Below are positions 59,611 to 64,000 of a stretch of 64,000 nt of DNA, in pieces. The position numbers and the translations under genes are program-made. Position 1 is the stretch's first letter. Each line of letters begins with the position of its first letter. Origin of the DNA: a bacterium (GTDB lineage Bacteria; Bacillota; Limnochordia; DTU080; RSA5); contig PKEU01000123.1 in assembly GCA_002919195.1 (NCBI GenBank), forward strand, positions 15,003-79,002, written 5' to 3'. The notes under the pieces were generated by a model. The model was not told the origin of the DNA. It did not search any database and saw only the letters and a program-made list of their open reading frames with translations.

Positions 59611-61697
59611 GCTTTTGGCAGAGGCTTGGACGCTCGTCCTCGAGCGCGCGGCGAAGTGACGCCCTGGCCCGGAGGGTGAAAGCCATCTTTCACCTGCTGG
59701 GGGAAGTGTACGGACGGGACAAGCTGGTGCTCAAGGCAGGCAAGCTGGACGCGCTGGACTTGATGCAGTCTAAGAGCCTCAACGACCAGGTGCTGGCTTT
59801 GGAACGCATCGTCTTTGAAGACCCCACGCTCGAAGAGAGGCCCTCCGACGAGGAGCTGGAGGGGGTTTTGGACGAGATCGAAGACGCCCTGGCCGACATT
59901 TTGGCCCGGCGCGACGTCGAAGACCGCCTGGAGCAGCGGGTCGCCGAAAAGATGCAAGAGCGCCACGAGGAGTATATCAAAGAGCTCAAGTTGCAGGTGC
60001 TGAAAGAAGACGGCGGTCCCGACAACGCGCAGACGCTCAAAAAGTTTGCCGAACTCCAAAAGCTGGAGCAGCGAAAGCTCGCCAACTCGATCTTAAAGTG
60101 CATGCGGCCCAAGTCGGTCGACGAGATCGTCGGGCAAGAAACCGCCCGCAAAGCCCTCTTTTCCAAGATCGCATCGCCCTATCCACAGCACGTGCTGCTC
60201 TACGGGCCGCCCGGGGTCGGCAAGACGACCGTCGCCCGCCTGGCGCTGGAGTACGCGAAAAAGCTGCCCTTTACGCCCTTTGAACCGGACGCCCGCTTTG
60301 TCGAGGTCGACGGGACCACCTTGCGCTGGGACCCGCGGGAAGTGACCAACCCCCTCTTGGGTTCGGTGCACGATCCCATCTACCAGGGGGCCCGCCGCGA
60401 CTTTGCAGAGTCGAGTATCCCTGAGCCCAAGCCCGGGCTCGTGACCGAAGCCCACGGTGGCGTCCTTTTCATCGATGAGATCGGCGAGATGGATCCGATC
60501 CTGCAAAACAAGCTCCTCAAAGTGCTCGAAGACAAGCGGGTCTACTTTGAGTCGTCCTACTACGATCCCAACGATCCCCAAGTGCCGAAGTACATAAAAA
60601 AGCTGTTTGAAGAGGGGGCGCCGGCGGATTTCGTGCTGATCGGCGCCACGACCCGGGATCCTTCAGAGATCAACCCGGCGCTCCGGTCGCGCTGCGCCGA
60701 GGTGTTTTTCGATCCTCTGGGGCGAGAGGAGATCGAGCAGATCGTGGTGCAGGCGGCCCAACGGCTGGGCGCTACCCTGGACCCCGAGGTGCCCTCTTTG
60801 ATCAGCGAATACACCTCCGAGGGCCGCAAGGCCACAAGCCTTCTCGCCGACGCTTACGGCCTCGCCTTGTACGAGCTGGACCCGGCCGTGCTGGAACAGT
60901 GGGTCAAGGAAAACAAGGCGAGGGACGAAGAAGCGGAGGAGGAAAACGAGGAAGGTTCCAACTCCGTCAAAGTGCCTCCCGTCCATATCACCCGGGAGCA
61001 TGCTCTCGAAGTGATCCGCATGGGCCGGCTCACGCCCTCAGTGGTCGCCAAAGGCTCTCCCTCGAAAGAGGTGGGGCACATCTTTGGCCTGGGGGTGTCG
61101 GGATTTAGGGGCTCCGTGATCGAGATCGAGGCCGTCGCGTTTAAGGCGCGGGAGCCTGGCAAAGGGGAGCTTCGTTTTAATCAAACGGCCGGGACCATGG
61201 CCAAGGACTCCGTGTTTAACGCGGCGTCGGTGGTCCGCAAAGTGACCGGCGAGTCCCTGGCCGACTGGGACGTACACGTCAACGTCGTCGGCGGCGGGCG
61301 CATCGATGGGCCTTCGGCAGGCGCCGCCGTCGTCTTGGCCATCATCAGCGCGCTTTGGGAGCGGCCCCTGCGGCAGGATATCGCGATCACTGGTGAGATC
61401 TCCATCCAAGGGCGGATCAAGCCCGTGGGCGGCGTTTACGAAAAGCTGCACGGCGCCCGGCAGGCGGGCATCCGCCTGGTCTTGGTGCCCGAGAGCAACG
61501 CCTTGGAGCTGCCAAAGCAAATCCCGGGCATCACCTCGGTGCCGGTGCGCACGATCGAAGAGGCGATGGCGATCGCTTTTGCCGACGATCTTTCCCCGTG
61601 GCTGCAAGAAAAAGAGCCTTCTGCGCCAACGCTCAAAAGGCTAGCTGAGCAGCCGCCGCCTTTGCGGATGCCTCCCGTGGCAGGCAGCAGCAGGTAG
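59607..61697 (+). CDS. Lon-family ATP-dependent protease (AAA+ plus S16 peptidase; LonC-like) with a coiled-coil N-terminal region
   Basis: Walker [14 protein letters not shown]16 catalytic Ser-Lys: ...[14 protein letters not shown]... and ...GRIKPVGG.... The N-terminal 150 aa is charged and coiled-coil. Confidence 0.85.
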   Translation: MSFWQRLGRSSSSARRSDALARRVKAIFHLLGEVYGRDKLVLKAGKLDALDLMQSKSLNDQVLALERIVFEDPTLEERPSDEELEGVLDEIEDALADILARRDVEDRLEQRVAEKMQERHEEYIKELKLQVLKEDGGPDNAQTLKKFAELQKLEQRKLANSILKCMRPKSVDEIVGQETARKALFSKIASPYPQHVLLYGPPGVGKTTVARLALEYAKKLPFTPFEPDARFVEVDGTTLRWDPREVTNPLLGSVHDPIYQGARRDFAESSIPEPKPGLVTEAHGGVLFIDEIGEMDPILQNKLLKVLEDKRVYFESSYYDPNDPQVPKYIKKLFEEGAPADFVLIGATTRDPSEINPALRSRCAEVFFDPLGREEIEQIVVQAAQRLGATLDPEVPSLISEYTSEGRKATSLLADAYGLALYELDPAVLEQWVKENKARDEEAEEENEEGSNSVKVPPVHITREHALEVIRMGRLTPSVVAKGSPSKEVGHIFGLGVSGFRGSVIEIEAVAFKAREPGKGELRFNQTAGTMAKDSVFNAASVVRKVTGESLADWDVHVNVVGGGRIDGPSAGAAVVLAIISALWERPLRQDIAITGEISIQGRIKPVGGVYEKLHGARQAGIRLVLVPESNALELPKQIPGITSVPVRTIEEAMAIAFADDLSPWLQEKEPSAPTLKRLAEQPPPLRMPPVAGSSR

Positions 61698-61706
61698 GCG
61701 AGGCGC

Positions 61707-62597
61707 ATGAACCCGGTGAAACTCACAGGCAAGACCAAAGTCGCAGGCGTCTTTGGCGACCCCGTCGAGCACTCTCTCTCCCCGTTGATGCACAATGCAG
61801 CCTATGCCTCGCTGGGGATGGACTGGGTTTACGTCCCCTTTCATGTGAAAGCGGAGGCTCTAGCCGCCGCGGTCCAGGGCGTGCGCGCCCTGGGGATCGC
61901 CGGGGTCAACGTCACAGTGCCTCACAAGGTGGCGGTGATGGAGCACCTGGACGAGATCGACGAGGAGGCCCGGCTCATCGGCGCCGTCAACACCGTCGTC
62001 CACCGGGAGGGCAGGCTCCTGGGGTACAACACCGACGGGCGCGGCTTTTTGCGCAGCCTCGAGCGGGAGACGGGCAGGACGCCCCGGGGCGCCAGCGTGA
62101 TGATCGTCGGCGCGGGAGGCGCGGCGCTGGCCATCGCGGCGAGCCTCGCGCTCGCGGGCGCACGGCGCCTTTGGGTCGTCAACCGGACCCTGGAAAAGGC
62201 CCAGGCGGTGGCAAAGCGCGTCGCGGCGCGCGTCTTGGCGCGGGCCTTGCCTCTGGACGAAAGCGATCCTGCGTTCCGGCGGGCGCTCCGCGAAGCCGAG
62301 ATCATCATCCACACCACTTCGGTGGGGATGTATCCTCATCACGACGTGCCTCCGGTCGTTCCGGTGGAAGCCATCGATCCAGCGGCCCTGGTTTGCGACA
62401 TTGTCTACCGGCCCCGACAGACCGCGCTCATCCGGGCCGCGCGGGAGCGGGGGTGCGCTGTCCTCACCGGTGAAGGGATGCTGGCCTTTCAAGGGGCAAT
62501 CGCCTTTGAGCTCATCACCGGACACCGGGCGCCCGAGGCGTTGATGCTGGACACCTTGCGGCGGCATTTGGCGGAGACTGAATGCGAGTCGAGGTGA
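61707..62597 (+). CDS. aroE: Shikimate dehydrogenase
   Basis: ...VAGVFGDPVEHSLSPLMHNAAYASLGMDWVYVPF...GVNVTVPHK.... Confidence 0.9.
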   Translation: MNPVKLTGKTKVAGVFGDPVEHSLSPLMHNAAYASLGMDWVYVPFHVKAEALAAAVQGVRALGIAGVNVTVPHKVAVMEHLDEIDEEARLIGAVNTVVHREGRLLGYNTDGRGFLRSLERETGRTPRGASVMIVGAGGAALAIAASLALAGARRLWVVNRTLEKAQAVAKRVAARVLARALPLDESDPAFRRALREAEIIIHTTSVGMYPHHDVPPVVPVEAIDPAALVCDIVYRPRQTALIRAARERGCAVLTGEGMLAFQGAIAFELITGHRAPEALMLDTLRRHLAETECESR

Positions 62598-62603
62598 GCA
62601 CCG

Positions 62604-63824
62604 ATGCACCGGCCCATTTGTATCACGGGCGGCAAGCTCGTGTTGGAAGAGAGCGTGTTGGAAGACGGCGCAGTGGTCTTGATGGAGGGCCGCATCGCTT
62701 ACGCCGGTCCGGCCGACCTGGTTCCCCCCGCCATCGCGCCTCCGGGCGGTGAGGCGGTCCCGTTTTCGGAGTGGGAGCGGTACGATGCGCAAGGGGCGTG
62801 GGTTTTTCCAGGCTTTGTCGACGTGCACATCCACGGGGGCGGCGGAGCCGACACGATGGACGGCACCGTCGAAGCGCTGCGCCGCATCGCCTCATTGCAC
62901 GCCGCCCACGGCACGACGTGCCTCTTGGCGACGACCACGACCGAATCACAGGAGCGGATCGTTGCCGCGGCCCGGGCTGTGCGCGAGGCCATGGCCCTTT
63001 CTAAGGAGGACGGCTGGCATGGCGCCTCTATCGCCGGCATGCACCTTGAGGGCCCGTACATCAACCCCAAGCGAGCGGGAGCGCAAAATCCAGCCTATAT
63101 CCGGCCTGCCAGCGTCGCGGAGCTGGAAGAAGTGATGGCCATCCTCGAAGAAGGGTTCCGCCTCGTCACGCTGGCTCCCGAAATGGAAGGGGCGAAAGAG
63201 GCCATTGAGTTCCTCCGCCGCGCCGGGGTCGCCGTCTCCATGGGTCACACCGACGCGACCTTTGAACAGGCAATGGCAGGCTTTGATGCGGGCATCACCC
63301 ACGTGACGCATACATACAATGCGATGCGGCCGCTGCACCACCGGGACCCGGGGGTCGTCGGCGCCGCTTTCTTGTCGGGACCGGAGGTCCGTTGCGAGGT
63401 GATCGCGGACGGCGTTCACGTTCATGCGAAAGCGATCGAGGCGCTCTGGCGCGCCAAGGGGACGGACGGCATCTGCCTGGTGACGGACGCGATCGCAGCC
63501 GCCGGCATGCCCGAGGGTGAGTATGAACTCGGACGGCTGCAGGTGACGGTGAAAGGCCGGGAGTGCCGGCTAGCCGACGGGACCCTGGCAGGCAGCGTGC
63601 TGACGATGGACCAGGCTGTCGGTTTCATGGTGCGGGAAGTGGGCGTGCCCGTGCACGAAGCTGCCCAGATGGCAGCGCTCAACCCAGCCCGCGAGGCTGG
63701 CCTTGACGCCCGCAAAGGGAGCCTGCGCGTTGGCAAAGATGCCGACGTCGCCGTATTGGACGCCGATTTCCGCACGGTGGCCACGTGGGTGGGAGGGCGC
63801 CGCGTCTTTGGCGACCCAGCCTAA
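62604..63824 (+). CDS. nagA: N-acetylglucosamine-6-phosphate deacetylase
   Basis: ...FPGFVDVHIHGGGGAD..., amidohydrolase, and the NagA-type C-terminus. Confidence 0.9.
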   Translation: MHRPICITGGKLVLEESVLEDGAVVLMEGRIAYAGPADLVPPAIAPPGGEAVPFSEWERYDAQGAWVFPGFVDVHIHGGGGADTMDGTVEALRRIASLHAAHGTTCLLATTTTESQERIVAAARAVREAMALSKEDGWHGASIAGMHLEGPYINPKRAGAQNPAYIRPASVAELEEVMAILEEGFRLVTLAPEMEGAKEAIEFLRRAGVAVSMGHTDATFEQAMAGFDAGITHVTHTYNAMRPLHHRDPGVVGAAFLSGPEVRCEVIADGVHVHAKAIEALWRAKGTDGICLVTDAIAAAGMPEGEYELGRLQVTVKGRECRLADGTLAGSVLTMDQAVGFMVREVGVPVHEAAQMAALNPAREAGLDARKGSLRVGKDADVAVLDADFRTVATWVGGRRVFGDPA

Positions 63825-63837
63825 GCCTCCTTGCCCG

Positions 63838-64000
63838 GAGGCGCAACTCGTAAAGCTCTACAGCGAGCTGCGGGCCCGGTACTTCACCACGCCGCAAGGG
63901 GTGGCGGTGCTGCCGGCCGCGGAGCACGTGCGGATCGAGTGGTCGAGCCGGATGACCGCCTCCGCGGGGTTGTGCTACCCCGCGCGGCGGTTGATCCGGC
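63838..64000 (+). CDS. SprT-like family protein, N-terminal fragment running off the window edge. Start not resolved.
   Basis: Frame reads ...LVKLYSELRARYFTTPQGVAVLPAAEHVRIEWSSRMTASAGLCYPARRLIR, the SprT N-terminal motif. No clear start codon. Confidence 0.4.

Noticed and set aside
59607-61697. BREX BrxL or another defence-island Lon-like protein
   Set aside because: No methyltransferase, PglZ, BrxA/B/C or other defence genes in the vicinity. The flanks are housekeeping genes (rplI, aroE). Housekeeping LonC-type is more parsimonious.

Overview
This 64 kb window, about 65 % GC, looks like the chromosomal replication-origin region of a high-GC bacterium with Firmicutes-type gene order. One arm, on the minus strand, runs oppC'–gyrB–remB(yaaB)–recF–yaaA–dnaN–dnaA. 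DnaA-box clusters flank dnaA on both sides, which marks oriC. The other arm, on the plus strand, runs rpmH–rnpA–yidD–yidC–jag–mnmE–mnmG–rsmG–noc–soj–spo0J. Directly after spo0J the window departs from the Bacillus layout: there is a 412-aa MinD/ParA-type deviant-Walker-A ATPase with a PilZ-reminiscent N-terminal domain and a MinD-like C-terminal amphipathic tail. It is followed by a 2.45 kb gene-free stretch carrying three identical, perfectly palindromic parS sites (TGTTCCACGTGGAACA), and then an LmdC-type M23 endopeptidase plus a bactofilin. Further downstream are two small sugar and sugar-acid oxidation clusters (Gfo/Idh/MocA dehydrogenases, a DgoD-like dehydratase, an amidohydrolase, a Hyi-like isomerase), an SDR, RidA, yyaC, VanW, ilvE, sucCD and a complete glycine-cleavage cluster gcvT-gcvH-gcvPA-gcvPB with an LplA/LipM-like gene. 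Then come pheA, marR, yceI, and an operon of a Cys-rich DUF3795-like protein, a TonB-dependent receptor and an unusually long TonB, which implies an outer membrane. The remainder is prsA, a DUF951 gene, ychF, rpsF-ssb-rpsR, a GH4 hydrolase, yybS, rplI, a Lon-family protease, aroE, nagA and a truncated SprT-like ORF. No rRNA, tRNA, CRISPR array, transposase or integrase was recognised. The many long antisense ORFs in the track are high-GC artefacts.
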